A DNA stretch of 64,000 nucleotides from Tubulanus polymorphus (lineage: Eukaryota > Animalia > Nemertea): contig NC_134028.1 of assembly GCF_964204645.1 (NCBI RefSeq), forward strand, positions 3,534,001-3,598,000. The letters run 5' to 3'. Shown piece by piece: positions 31,218 to 42,968 of this stretch; the stretch's first letter is position 1, and each line of letters begins with the position of its first letter. The position numbers and the translations under genes were made by a program. Below the pieces are notes generated by a model, which was not told where the DNA came from, did no database searches, and saw nothing but the letters and a program-made list of their open reading frames with translations.

Positions 31218-32998
31218 ATGTTCTCTACGCACAGTTTTTATCGGTGTATGAGTAAAGCGGTCCGATCACCAGAAACCCGCGCAATGTTGGACAGAATGAT
31301 CAGAGTCAATCATGCTGGCGAATTCGGTGCTAATCGCATATATGAAGGACAAATGTCTGTGTTAGGAAAAACAGAAGTTGGTCCACTTATCCAGGTGCGT
31401 TATTTTGAACACAGGTTTCGATTGGTCTCTGCCAATTCCAGAGTTCTTTTTTCAGTGCGTTTGTTTTGACCAGGATACACTCTACCTATTTTGGAATAGC
31501 ATAATCTGTAAACCTGATTGAAGTGGCCGGTAGAGAGTTTGTGATCTGGAATTGCTATTTCTAAACCGAGATACACTCGAACGAAATATGCCTCAGAAAT
31601 CCCTATGTAGCGTTCAGTTGTCTACTTCGTGATTTCGAGAAATTTGAGTGTGCACTGTCTCCTAGTCGTATGTCTATCAGTTGTTTCTTTTTAACATAGG
31701 AAATGTGGGAACAAGAAAAAGTTCATCTAAAAGAATTTGAACGTCTCATTCCAGAACTGAGGGTCAGACCAACTGCCATGTTACCGATATGGAATTTAGC
31801 TGGATATGCATTAGGTAATTAGAAAACTGTCTTTCTTTTCAATACTGTGGAATCTCTTCAATCAATTAGAATAATCACCCAATATGACACATAGATCAGT
31901 GACTTGGGAAACACTGATCGGATAGAACGGTTTTATCCGGGTTCGAACCCATAACCTCTCACTTGCGAGTCAAACACATTATCCACCAAGCCACAAAGAC
32001 AGGACCATCCTCCCCCGGCAGGGATTCGAACCTGATGGCATCGAGATTGCCACGGCACGAAACCCTGCCATAATCGACCGTGTGCGCAGATACATGCGCA
32101 GTTCAGATGATGTGATCTTTAGCCAATCAGATATCCCGTTTTATTTTAGCCCGGGTTTTCCCATGTATAGTTCTTCCTTGAAATTTGCCTCAACGATTAT
32201 ACAACGAGCAATCTGATTGGTGCCGCCAGTTTTCGTTGGGAAAGCTGCGCATGTACCTGCGCACCCGGCCTACTGATGCAGGGGTTCGTGCCGTGGCTGA
32301 GTGTAACGATACCATCAGGTTCGAGTCCCTGCAGAGGGAGGATGAGACAGGACATAAAAGCTTTATCGGAGACTATTGATAATGTATATTTCCTGCAATA
32401 TCTATGAAAATATTCCGTTTATTTCATTGCAACAGGTGCGGGAACGGCTTTACTCGGTAAAGAAGCAGCTATGGCTTGTACAGTGGCTGTAGAGGATGTG
32501 ATAGGTGAACATTATGACCAGTAAGTTTTGCAAAAAAAGCTTAGATTCTACAAATGCATTTGCATTTTCTACATAGGAGTGAAAAATATATACAGTCAAA
32601 TAGGCGATTAAGCAAGTTTGACCGTAGAAGATATTTTTTGTCACCATTTTCAGACAAATTCGACAATTGATGGCGGACGATCCTGAAGCGCATAAAGAAT
32701 TACTCGAGGTAAATATAATCATCGTATGAATTCGATTCCGCTTATTCTGATTTTTCAATGAAGTATTTCTTGTTCTACAGACTATAAAAAAATTCCGGGA
32801 TGAAGAACTAGGACATCTAGATATCGGCATGGAAAATGATGCAGAACAGGTAAGACTTGTCATTCTGTAATATGATTTTCTATTACTTTTATTGTTTATC
32901 GATGAATCTATTTATTTCAGGCTCCACTTTACCAAGCGATGTCGCAAGTGATTAAGTTTGGATGCAAAGGAGCGATATGGATATCTGAACGAGTGTGA
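31218..32998 (+). CDS. COQ7: 5-demethoxyubiquinone hydroxylase (COQ7/CLK-1), 192 aa
   Basis: Exons 31218-31394, 31700-31814, 32436-32520, 32654-32708, 32781-32849, 32921-32998 (579 nt). Motifs [44 protein letters not shown] (di-iron EXXH motifs). An acceptor at 31179 implies an upstream exon. Confidence 0.97.
31413..31593. mobile_element. Second copy of the 12649-12822 repeat, in COQ7 intron
   Basis: AGGTTTCGATTGG...TTTGTTTTGACCAG...CTCTACCTATTT...AGAGAGTTT...CTAAACC shared with the first copy. Confidence 0.7.
31870..31997 (-). mobile_element. Truncated tRNA-derived SINE head
   Basis: Minus strand has A-box TGGCTTGGTGG and B-box GGTTCGAACCC at tRNA-like spacing. No clean acceptor stem. Confidence 0.6.
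32006..32344. mobile_element. Long-TIR MITE (possibly Mutator-like); diverged relative at ~40561-40770
   Basis: ~100-bp imperfect TIRs (CATCCTCCC..GCAGGGATTCGAACCTGATGG..GCCACGGCACGAA..TGCGCAGATACATGCGCAG). 9-bp direct repeat AGACAGGAC at 31997-32005 and 32345-32353. Confidence 0.75.
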
Positions 32999-33179
32999 CG
33001 ATTGACCACCAGGTGGCGATAGTGTTTTTCTGCTAGATCTTGAGGACAATCAAATAAGGATTTGGTCCGTCATTATTCTTCGTGAAAACTATAGATGTTT
33101 GAACGGTAAATCTGACGTTTAAGTCTTGAACAAGACTTTTATCTAAAGCCGTCTTGTGGTAGTGTTTGTTTTTTTTTCG

Positions 33180-33339
33180 AATAAAGTGAATTGTAACCCT
33201 TCAATTGATGCAGTTAGTTACATAGCTTTAGATGGTTTCAGTACGAGATCTTCATACAATTAAGGAGGATTGAGATATGGTCAACTTGAACTATAGAATT
33301 AAAGACCCTAGAATTTATCATCAAAATAAAATATTTATT
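33180..33339. terminator. Convergent polyadenylation signals of COQ7 (+) and PEF1 (-)
   Basis: AATAAA on + at 33180-33185. TTTATT (AATAAA on -) at 33334-33339. Confidence 0.5.
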
Positions 33340-33750
33340 TCTATACATATAAATACATAATAAATAGGAACGTTAATGCATAAGTCAGTGTAAGAAGAGA
33401 GAATGCCATTCTTTCAAAGACTCTCAAATATATAAGCCCTTAACATTGAGCATAATCCTATTGTAAATTGATTAACAATAAAATGATCTTGCATTAAATT
33501 TAGTTCTAAGTGATTATAAATTTCAAAGATTCGCACAAATATACGAAGAATGTGAAAGACTGAATAAGCATCTGTATCCCTCAATCCTGTGGTACCCAGT
33601 ATATAACATTCGGTATACAATTTACAAAATATTGTGATATAGTATACATTAAAATCTTGTAGGAAAAATGTTCTTGTCAATGACTGGAAAGTTAAGTGAA
33701 AAGGACAGTTTAGGCTACTGCATAATCAAGGTTGTTTTACACATCTGTTG

Positions 33751-35688
33751 TCACACTATTGTATTATCCAAAACCATTTCCAGAAACTGCAAAAGAAATC
33801 ATTTCGAATATACACGTATAGAAACACCTTTGCACTCAGAAATTCAGGGGGAAGCTAATTTAGTATACACAGTAGAACCCGCTGAATTTGGATCATTTGG
33901 GGCAAAATTCATCCGCTTTATGAGAAATCCAGTTTTAAAAGAACATATGATGTGTGGATTTACGGGTTAAGCAGGTTTCATTGTAGTCTTTTAGTTCTTT
34001 TCGCTGTATTCCAATTTGTTTTACCTGTTCATAATGAACGTTGATGTTTCCAGTTTGGTTGACATCTTTTTCTCTGAATTTATTCGTCAACGTCTTCAAC
34101 ATTACGCAACACTGTATGAAATCGTCGAAATTTATCGACCGCGCGAATCTTCGATCGAAAACTCGAATGCATAATTGACTGAATGCAGGTGACCTGAAAT
34201 ACAGTTCGAAATTGTGTAAGTCTGATCAGTCTAAATCGGAAAATTAGAAAATGAATAAATCAGAAAATGTCGGCCGAAAAAGTGGAGTCCATTATTTTCC
34301 CATTCATTATCTATAAATTCTGTCTAAATCGGATGTAAATCAAAAACTTGCCTGAATAATATCATAAAATCCCTAATTTACATTATCTAAGTCAAACATT
34401 TGGATTTTTATTGACACATTCCTTTGCACACAGAAAACACTCAACTTAGCATTGAATGAATATATAAGCTATCAATCCTCTAATGGACAGAGGTAAAAGT
34501 TGCTTTATGATTTTCTAATTAGTTGCCATGTTTCGGATTTTCCTTCTAAATAAATTTTTTCCAAAAACGTCCCTAAATCCAACTAGTTCATTGTCAGACA
34601 AAGAATGATGTTATAAAAATTTTAACTTGCTATTTGACCTGAAAACGTACAATCTATATCCAAATGTAGCGAATGCAGTAGATAGTTCATTAGCATCGAT
34701 GTTACCAGAACGATCAGTGTCAAATCTACAAATGAACAACGAACAAAGATCATAAAGTACGAAGATAAGTAATCAATTATATTGTGTCGTTTTAAAGTTT
34801 TTAAAAACAGATGTAGCACGAACCTGTCAAAACATGCCTTCCATTCTTGAATATATTTCCATAAGGCACCAAATTCAGCTGCATTGATGGTTCCAGATCT
34901 GAGATAATAACATAATCACAAATGTTACAATGTTCAAATTTCCGGGTTCTTACAGATCAGGGGCTGCAGTTCTCAAGAGATTACTTGTGCTACTTGTTAC
35001 CAGCAAGAACAACAATACACCAAAAATTCCCTGATTTTCTCAGAAATTTGTTAGAACAAGGGCAAACTTCAACAAAAGCAACGTACCTATCTTTATCAAA
35101 CATGCCAATCATGAGTCGACATGTTTCATCATTAAACGGTGTCCAATTTCCGTTCATTAGAGCTCGCTTCAGTTCATGTGCCGTTATTTCACCATTTCTG
35201 TCGACATCTACAGACTACAAAACACAAACATACATGAAAACAGTAACTAACAAAATAGATAATGGGAGATAATTCGAAAAAAGTAATTCATTAACAACAA
35301 AAAGTAGTACCTGGAACCATTGCCAAAGTTCCGGGCTAACACCTGGGGGTAATTGTACAGGTGGTGGAGCTCCGTAAGGTTGCCCATACTGAGGTGGTGG
35401 TTGTGCACCCCCATAAGCAGGTGCACCCCCATTGTACGCGGGAGCTGGTGCACTTGTATATGGTGCGCCACCATACTGTCCTGGAACTGCTGCTCGTGGT
35501 GGTGGTGCACCATATGCTGGATTCTGTGGTGGTGCACCATACGCCGGATTGTGTGGGGGTGCACCGTATGCAGGATTGTGTGGGGGTGCACCGTATGCAG
35601 GATTGTGTGGGGGTGCACCGTATGCAGGATTGTGTGGGGGTTGGTATCCACCTCCATATGCCGGTTGAGGTCGACCCTGCCCATACAT
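33751..35688 (-). CDS. PEF1: Peflin-like penta-EF-hand protein (PEF1/ALG-2 family), 286 aa
   Basis: Exons 35688-35311, 35214-35087, 34898-34824, 34725-34651, 34193-34025, 33786-33751 (861 nt). G/P/Y-rich N-terminus, then [70 protein letters not shown]. The long N-terminus favours peflin over PDCD6. Confidence 0.9.
35506..35641 (-). repeat. Coding 27-bp tandem repeat x5 (PPHNPAYGA)
   Basis: Plus-strand unit GCACCGTATGCAGGATTGTGTGGGGGT; three identical copies and two variants. Confidence 0.9.
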
Positions 35689-35935
35689 GTTGTTAGGACG
35701 TTGTTGTATATATTATTACTGAAAAGGAAAGAATGAAATAAGTTAATGCTGCTGAAACAATTTGCAACAACTTTCATAGCTTTTTCCTTAATAAGTGTTG
35801 TAGCTTTTTAACTCATCAAACAAGAGTGACAGTTTTGTAGTGACAAGTCTGTCAATCCTAGTCTGGCAGTCGGTCGTGTCTCCAGTCTTGTCTCGTCTGG
35901 GGAGTGGTGGGAGTAATATCCAGTGGTGGGAGTGT

Positions 35936-36213
35936 GGAGCAGTGTGGCTTAGTGGTAGAGTGCTCGCCCCCCAATCGGGAGGTTGTGTGTTCGAACCCCG
36001 GCTGTGCTGTAGTGTCCTTAGGCAAGGCATTAATTCACAATTGCTACTGGCTGACAACGCCTTGATCGCTCTGCAGCGTATCGGTGTTGCATCTCCCAAG
36101 GGAGAGTAAGAATATACTGGATTGGTAACAGAAGCTGGGTAATAATTGAGTGACAGCGCTTTGAGCATTTATTGGAAAGGCACTATATAAGCACTAATTA
36201 TTATTATTATTAA
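35936..36213 (+). mobile_element. Apparently full-length tRNA-derived SINE with LINE-type 3' tail, in PEF1 5'-UTR intron
   Basis: A-box TGGCTTAGTGG 35945-35955 and B-box GTTCGAACC 35989-35997. Central GTGTCCTTAGGCAAGGCA motif. Tail AGCGCTTTGAG...GCACTATATAAG-(TTA)n. Confidence 0.8.
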
Positions 36214-36309
36214 TAGCGCCAGGGCAGGCAGATGTCAGATGAAGAATGAAAACAAACTTAATTTTTCCAACTTTTTTTTACAAAAAAAGACACGTCATGG
36301 AGCAACATG

Positions 36310-36527
36310 GGTAAAAGTGCAGATCCGCACCTCTCGTGATTGACGCAATCTACTGAATCAGTGAATGACAGTATCCAGGCTAAATCGTTCTAGTGAAGAT
36401 ATATTAAAATTAACCAATGGCAATGTATGAATTGCTGATGACATTTTATTTTTGAATCTGAAACAATGATATTTAATGTAATTGATTGAACCGTTTACGC
36501 GGAGAGGTGCGGATCTGCACTTTTACC
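36310..36527. mobile_element. MITE with perfect 26-bp TIR
   Basis: GGTAAAAGTGCAGATCCGCACCTCTC / GAGAGGTGCGGATCTGCACTTTTACC around an AT-rich interior. Confidence 0.8.
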
Positions 36528-36589
36528 GCGACAAGTCATTAAGACAACATCACTCGGTACAGAAGGAAGAGAAATACAGATTGTATGAT

Positions 36590-36705
36590 CTCACATCTTG
36601 ACCGTTACCTCTCAGAGACGTAGCATCGGGTCGAATTAAAAAAATTATCAATGATCAGAATTTACTTCCGGGTTGGTTTATTCCATCGCCAAAAGATGGC
36701 GGAAC
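36590..36705 (-). promoter_or_regulatory. PEF1 promoter and non-coding first exon
   Basis: YY1 AAGATGGCGG at 36693-36702 and ETS ACTTCCGG at 36664-36671. Minus-strand donor GTGAGA at 36590-36595, matching an acceptor at ~35719. Confidence 0.55.
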
Positions 36706-39184
36706 CTCCTATTAGTAGATAATAAAACACGTAACTGGATATACAATAAAGCACGGAATTGGAATATCACAGATGACTTGCGATTGCCTTACGGGCCCGT
36801 TCGGTTTGCAAAACGGCGGGATCTGGGGATTCTAAAAATCTTTTTTAAAGCAGCATCCCCTCAAGAAGGGATGGATGTAAGGAGATTTATGGATCCAGGT
36901 CCGCCGCACTTTGAAGTTCGATCCCACATCACCCGTTCAGACTCATGCCAAACTCCGCGGGCCGGATTTCCATACTTTTTCGGCTCAGGACAGCGACGGT
37001 CCGGTGCATTCTCGGCGGCGGTTGAGGTTTTGACATTGGAAAGCCGCCTGGAATCGACAATATGTTTCGATATTGTCTTGAAGAACTGTAATCTGTCATC
37101 CCGAGGGATACCCTGCCTCGCCACGATCGAAGTGTGCACTACAGCGGTGCCCTCCTCGTGGAGGAGGAGAGCCGGATGGAGTTGGGTGACAGTCTTCCAG
37201 ATTGAATGCCGGCGGAAACATCCGCGTGTCACATTACTCTCATTAGAAATCTCAGCTGCTCAAACAATTATCGCCTAGTCGGGATGATCAAAGGCTAGTG
37301 ACTGTCCGCTAATTATTGGTTATCGCGTTCGTCGCTGAAAGTCTTCATTCACAAGTCAAATGGTCGATAATTCGGGAGCATCGAGCTGTCGAAAAGTTAA
37401 TTGTACCTTCAATGAAGCGCGCAACAAACTGTCAGTGACAGTTGTAAGCTCGACGTCAGCCATTCCGAATCAACTATGTGACTTCAAGAGGCGACTGTGA
37501 ACATCTATATGGAAATTGCAAATAATGCACCCTCCAGAAAACTAATTCTCTGTAGCCAGGGAGTGCATGTGACCTTGGAGTATCCAAATGATTACTTCAC
37601 GATGTGACGTAATAGTTATCAGAATTTATGAATGAAAATCCTTATGGCTAATGACGTATTCATTTCAACCAAACACCGACCGGGTCATTCGGTGCGTTTG
37701 CGTGTGGGCGGTATTAAACCACTAGACCCGCTCCACCATTTATTCAGATATTCTTGACTGCAATTCTTGTAATATTACTCCACAAGATGCAATCAAGTAA
37801 AAAGAATAATGTCAATGTTCGCGTCCGAGAGAAGACCGCATAATGATCTTCGAAATTCAAATTCGAATCGTATTGATGACATCTAAATATCAATGCTGGG
37901 ATAAATTGAATGCACGTATGACTAGTTGAACGATATCAAGTGAAATGTTTGACGAACAGGGCTATCTGAATAATTTCCCCAGCCTCGCGCAGATAATGGA
38001 GAACACCGATATTATGGAAATGGGTAATTTGTATGCAGAAAATCACTCTGCGCGGTTAATGTCCATTTTATGATGAGTGAGTAATAATTTCACGATCTCT
38101 AACACGGTTATAATGAACCCATAGAGTCCATGCTGCCCGGCGGAGGGAGCAGTACCGAGCGCGGCGGCATCGCTTTGATCTGAGGTGTATCGCGTTATGA
38201 CAAAGCAATCAATCATGGCGGCGGCGTCTCTGATGTCGTCTGCTGGGTAGCACGTGATAAACACGCCGCTTATCCGATCAGAGAATAAATGATACACCCG
38301 GCACCATTCACCCAGTTGGATAGATTTTGATCTGACGGTGCAATGCGGGATAAATAAAAACATTACCGCGCCACCAGATCAAAGACGACGTTGCTTACAC
38401 CCCGAAATTGAACAAATTAGATTCAGACTCAACTCACATTAACGTATGATTAATCGCCCAAAATTATTAATGAATATTTGAATATATAGCGTCTGGTTTT
38501 CGAGCGTGTTACGTGTATATTTCCCCTCAGAAATACTAAAGCCTTGCTTCACACACGATTGATGAAAATCAAGGGGATCCCGAATAGTATAGTATTCTCA
38601 TTCCGAAATTCATGGAATAAGTTGACGCGGAAATCGCGCCCGGTGTACGGTGCTGAGTTGATGGAAGTCACAGCTCATTTAACAATTGGTAATTATTTTG
38701 TTGCTCGTCTCGGATTAATTAATGAACTTCTTCGTCGACGATGAATTATAAACGCATTAGCTCGCTCCGGGGACAATGCCGTCGCGGCGGCGCGCGAGAA
38801 TTTCTTCAAAACCTATAGCTCCGCGACGGTTTTCAATGGTAGACAATCATAAGCCGTTTCGGGGAATTGACCATTGTTTGAGCACCGCAGAATTTACCGA
38901 CTTGCCAAAAGTACTTTTAAGTGGCCGCCGTGAGCCTTCTATTGCACACATTCTATCGAATGAATGAATGAAATGGCTTACAGCGCCGTTTGAAAAGTTT
39001 ATTTTCGCAGAGCCTGCATTACCCGCGCGAATACTACAACCCCAACAAACAGGAGATATGGTAATCTTAAAAAGTTCATCGTCAATTTCAACTTAGTAGA
39101 TTTTACCAGCGAATATAGCATTTATACAGCCGATTCGTTGCAAAGGCGACAGAAATATCAACCCGTCGAAGTATTTTATTTTTA

Positions 39185-39374
39185 TGGGCGATTGGCCTGT
39201 GATTTGTGATTGGAGCGGTGAGATCAAAGCGAATTGACGTCACGGAGTTAGAGAATTGTCGGTGCCTTTGATGTGTAAATGGCCAACTTTAACAACATCC
39301 TGCGCTAGTTAAGTGTACGGATCGATACGATTTATATGTTGAAGTGTATTTGGACAGTAAGCGCAGAGGTAAGA
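39185..39374 (+). promoter_or_regulatory. Putative Axin promoter and non-coding exon 1
   Basis: Two reverse CCAAT boxes (39191, 39209). TCF sites AGATCAAAG 39221-39229 and CCTTTGATGT 39265-39274. CRE 39235-39242. Donor AG/GTAAGA at 39369, with an acceptor before the ATG exon at 42857. Confidence 0.6.
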
Positions 39375-42300
39375 GGGATTTTATCACATCTACGGTAACC
39401 CCCTAATATTTCTACCCTTTTACTCCCTCCCTGTACAAAAAGTACGGTGCCTGTTTGTCCAGGGTTAGAGCTTAAAAATGGTCAGTATCGCGGCGCTTTT
39501 ATTTTCTTTCTCCAGTAACGATAACTAGATACAACCTTTGACGGTTGAAATTTTGGTAAATACGATGTATGGATTTTTTTTCAAAACACCGCTTCGTTTT
39601 GAATGTAAGCAAAAATCAACCAAATTCCGATGGTGTTTGATATATAATATGTCGCACGAGATAAAACGGTCGAAAACATTATAAATAGGAATTGAAACTA
39701 TATCATTCATCTCTATCGGTACGCGCTAAGGCAAAGAAATTTTTTGCTTTGATCCCTGACACTAGAATTTTTCCTATACATCATTTTATCGCTACTCGTT
39801 GTGTGTGTGTATGAGTGGGGTTTCCGAAGGGCACTCGGTCGATTAATATTAGCTTTTGTTTTTTTGCCGAATAACTCAAAATTCTGACCTTTTACATGTC
39901 TAAACAATCAGATGCTAGTTTTAATACGTAAATTGACTGGAATTATCAGTTTTGTGAGCGGTTGTTAATAGAATTATTAGTGCAACAATGTCCCATTTGG
40001 CGCCTGGCTAATTTACATAAAGAGTAATGGCGGCCGCGTGTTCGTCAGTTCGCTGTGAGGGTTCGCTGTCTTCAAAATTGGAGATATTTCGCTTTTAGGT
40101 CGACGGTATTTATATTTTAGTGGTACGTTTGTTTTCGTGAACTTGTGGATGAAGTGTCGGCAAAATTTCAGCTTTATAGGTGCCTTATTAATGGCGCTAC
40201 AGTCGTTTGAAATGGCAAAATTTGACTTGACCTGAATAACTCGCTGACTGACTTGAGTCTATCCTCTTTCTACAGCTCTGTATGCGGTATAGGCCTGTTT
40301 ATTTGTAGTTTAGGTTTAGAGTAGGGTCGTATATAGTAGGTTAAGAATATGTTTGAGTAGTTTATTAGAACCTTCTTATGCTAGCCCTGCATGTTATTTT
40401 TTAATGCGCCAGTGTGATGGTTGGCTTAAGGGTCAGACTCAAGAGGGTGAATTTTTAGTTTGTAAATCGACATGGCCAACGTACCAGTCCTGAAGGGTTG
40501 TTCGTAATATTATTTATAAGGATACCTTAGGTTCATTCTTGAACGGTAGTAAGTACACATCCTGTCTCCATCTCTTCCCTGCTTCACAGGGATTTGAACC
40601 TGATTGCATGAAGACTCTGCGACAGGCCTACTAGTACTACAGCTGTAGGCTTCTGCGCAAACCTACCTAAATGGACCCAGCAGCCTGTTGTAGTTGTTGG
40701 TCCGAATGTGGCAGAGTATCGACACCATCTCGGGTTTTTATCCCTGCTGACAGATGAAGGGTGGCACAGGTTTTCCTTAGCTAAGTAGCATTAAGGATAT
40801 CATTTGGTCACTGTCTGTAAGAAGAAATACAAAGATGCTCTTATAAAGATGATCGGTTTTGCTCAAATTAGGATAGTTGGTCTACCACTCATTATACCAG
40901 TATTACAGATAGGCCTAGACCAAGTGGGCCTTGTTTATGATAAGTAAAGCAGGCTCATCCTAGCACCACAGCATAAGCCATAAAACTCAACTTATAACCA
41001 GTAGGCCTATTATCTTAATGTCTTACGATACTGCGATGTACTTTTGTGGTGGATTTTGTTATCATAGGTAACATTTAAGTTTTATGTTGCCTTGTCGTTA
41101 TCAGAAATCGGGAACCTTTACAGAATCAATAATGCATTAAACGTTGACACAAACCTAAAATTAGAATTGAGGAGTTCTGTCGTGGGCCCAGAATCCGTAT
41201 AAAGCTTAGATTGAATTATTGTCGGATCGTTAGAAAATGTCTGTTTTTAATTCATTCACATCAATTTTTCCTCGTTTCGCGAACGGCTGCTATTGAAATA
41301 GGGCTCCAGTTGTTTACAAATATGCAGTACATTGAATGTAAATTCTTCCCGGAACAATACAAGTCGAAATCCGCTTTAGGCATCGAATAATGTGTTTTTG
41401 TAATTATTAATGGTGGTTGTACTTTGAAGTTCAAATGGCTATCTACAATCTTATTTCATTTATGACTTCCTGTGTTACTGTTTAAATTGCTTTTATGTTG
41501 CCTGCACTTTATAAGTAATTGCGATGTGGCGTAATAAAAACACTTCGTCTTATAAGGTCAGTTCTAGTTTGGTATGCGCTATTGCTATTACGTTACTTTT
41601 ATCAATTTGCCCTTAAAACTAGCCCGCGTGCTGTGCATATAAAAATGTCTAAAATCTTCGCATAAAAATGAGTTGAGCGATTACTCGTACCCAAGAGACA
41701 AAGTACTAGATAAAAACGTTGTAGGCTATCGTCTTGTCCCAAATGATCTCCCCTTAAGGTTTGTATTTACAGGCTTAGAAATATGTTATGCCTATCTGGC
41801 ACTTGCTTTGATGTTTTGACATAAATCGGATCTGGGTGGCTTTGCCAATTATGCACTTTACCCTGGTTGGTATATATTTTCGTTTGCCTTTGATTTTCTG
41901 ATAGATGCAAGAGCTCGGCATGCTTAACCTTTGACAAACGATCTTAGGGTCTCTTTAGAAGTTAACAGCCAGTCTAGCGAGCTACTTAATTCATTTTTCA
42001 TCTTGAAGGATCATAAACGTTACTTGTTGTCATCATTTCGAGCGCTCGCGCTGCTGCGAGGATATCGCTGTCTCGCGCTGCGGCGCAATTTCTCGCCGCC
42101 GAACTTTGTTCTTGTTATGATTTCGATGTATTATGGAGCTACCGTACTTTTAACTTGTATTCGAGTTTGATCCGCGACTGGGAAATTGCTTTTGCTCTTT
42201 TGCTTAAAAGCGCTTTTTATCGGAGAAAGTACCACTCGCGTTTGACATCAGAGGGAAAAATGAAGTAAACTGTTTAAAAGCAACTTGTTTAACCGCGGAG

Positions 42301-42530
42301 CTCGCGAGCGCGCGTCGAGTTTGATGATATTTTCAGAAGTTTGGATTATACATCGTTTCAATATATTTACATGTATAGGCTATCGGTAAAGTAGGTTTCG
42401 TTGAAAGTCAGTTATAAGATAAACTTTGAAAATAAGTCCTGTCGTGGACCTTTCTTATAGGATAACGAGCGATTTTTCGAAAAAATATCGCAATAGCCTT
42501 CGAATGCCTAACTGGTGATTTGTCATTCTT

Positions 42531-42661
42531 AGGCGAGTTGCTCAAAAGTTGGTTACAGTTAACTGGTGGACAAATACCATGGTAACAATGCAATGTCAAT
42601 TGTCACTATGGCTTTTATCTACTGGTTAACTCTAACCAACTTTTGAGAAACTGAGAGCCCC
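42531..42661. mobile_element. Palindromic MITE
   Basis: Arms AGTTGCTCAAAAGTTGGTTA(C)AGTTAAC / GTTAACTCTAACCAACTTTTGAGAAACT. Confidence 0.75.
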
Positions 42662-42968
42662 TCTTGTTTTTAAGTAGTTTTATTGTCAAGTTTCTGTTTG
42701 AAATGCTGATATCTTTAAACGGAGAATCAGTTTTCTATTGTCATCCAATGTCGTGTATGTTTGACATTTCGTATTTTATTCATGCTCTGAACATCTTGGC
42801 ATCTTCACTACTTCACGTTCCTGAGAATCAATTTTGTTTTTCTATTGAATATTTCAGTGAACAGGAAGGGATGGTCGTACGATCCATCGTCGTCAATTCT
42901 CAGATAATCCGACGAACAAGAAGCAAGCGTTTAATTCGTGTTTCGCGCGCGCATAATTCGGCCTCGAG

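Noticed and set aside
34632-34650. Alternative PEF1 donor at AG/GTCAAA
   Set aside because: The GTACGT donor at 34650 gives the family-typical FGYRLSP; the other site would insert four residues into a conserved segment.
35247-35777. Several overlapping ORFs with 9-aa repeats
   Set aside because: Alternative frames of the PEF1 27-bp repeat, which lacks stop codons.
35936-36010. Functional tRNA gene
   Set aside because: Acceptor and anticodon stems pair poorly and the sequence continues into a SINE body and tail; the same applies to 31935-31997.
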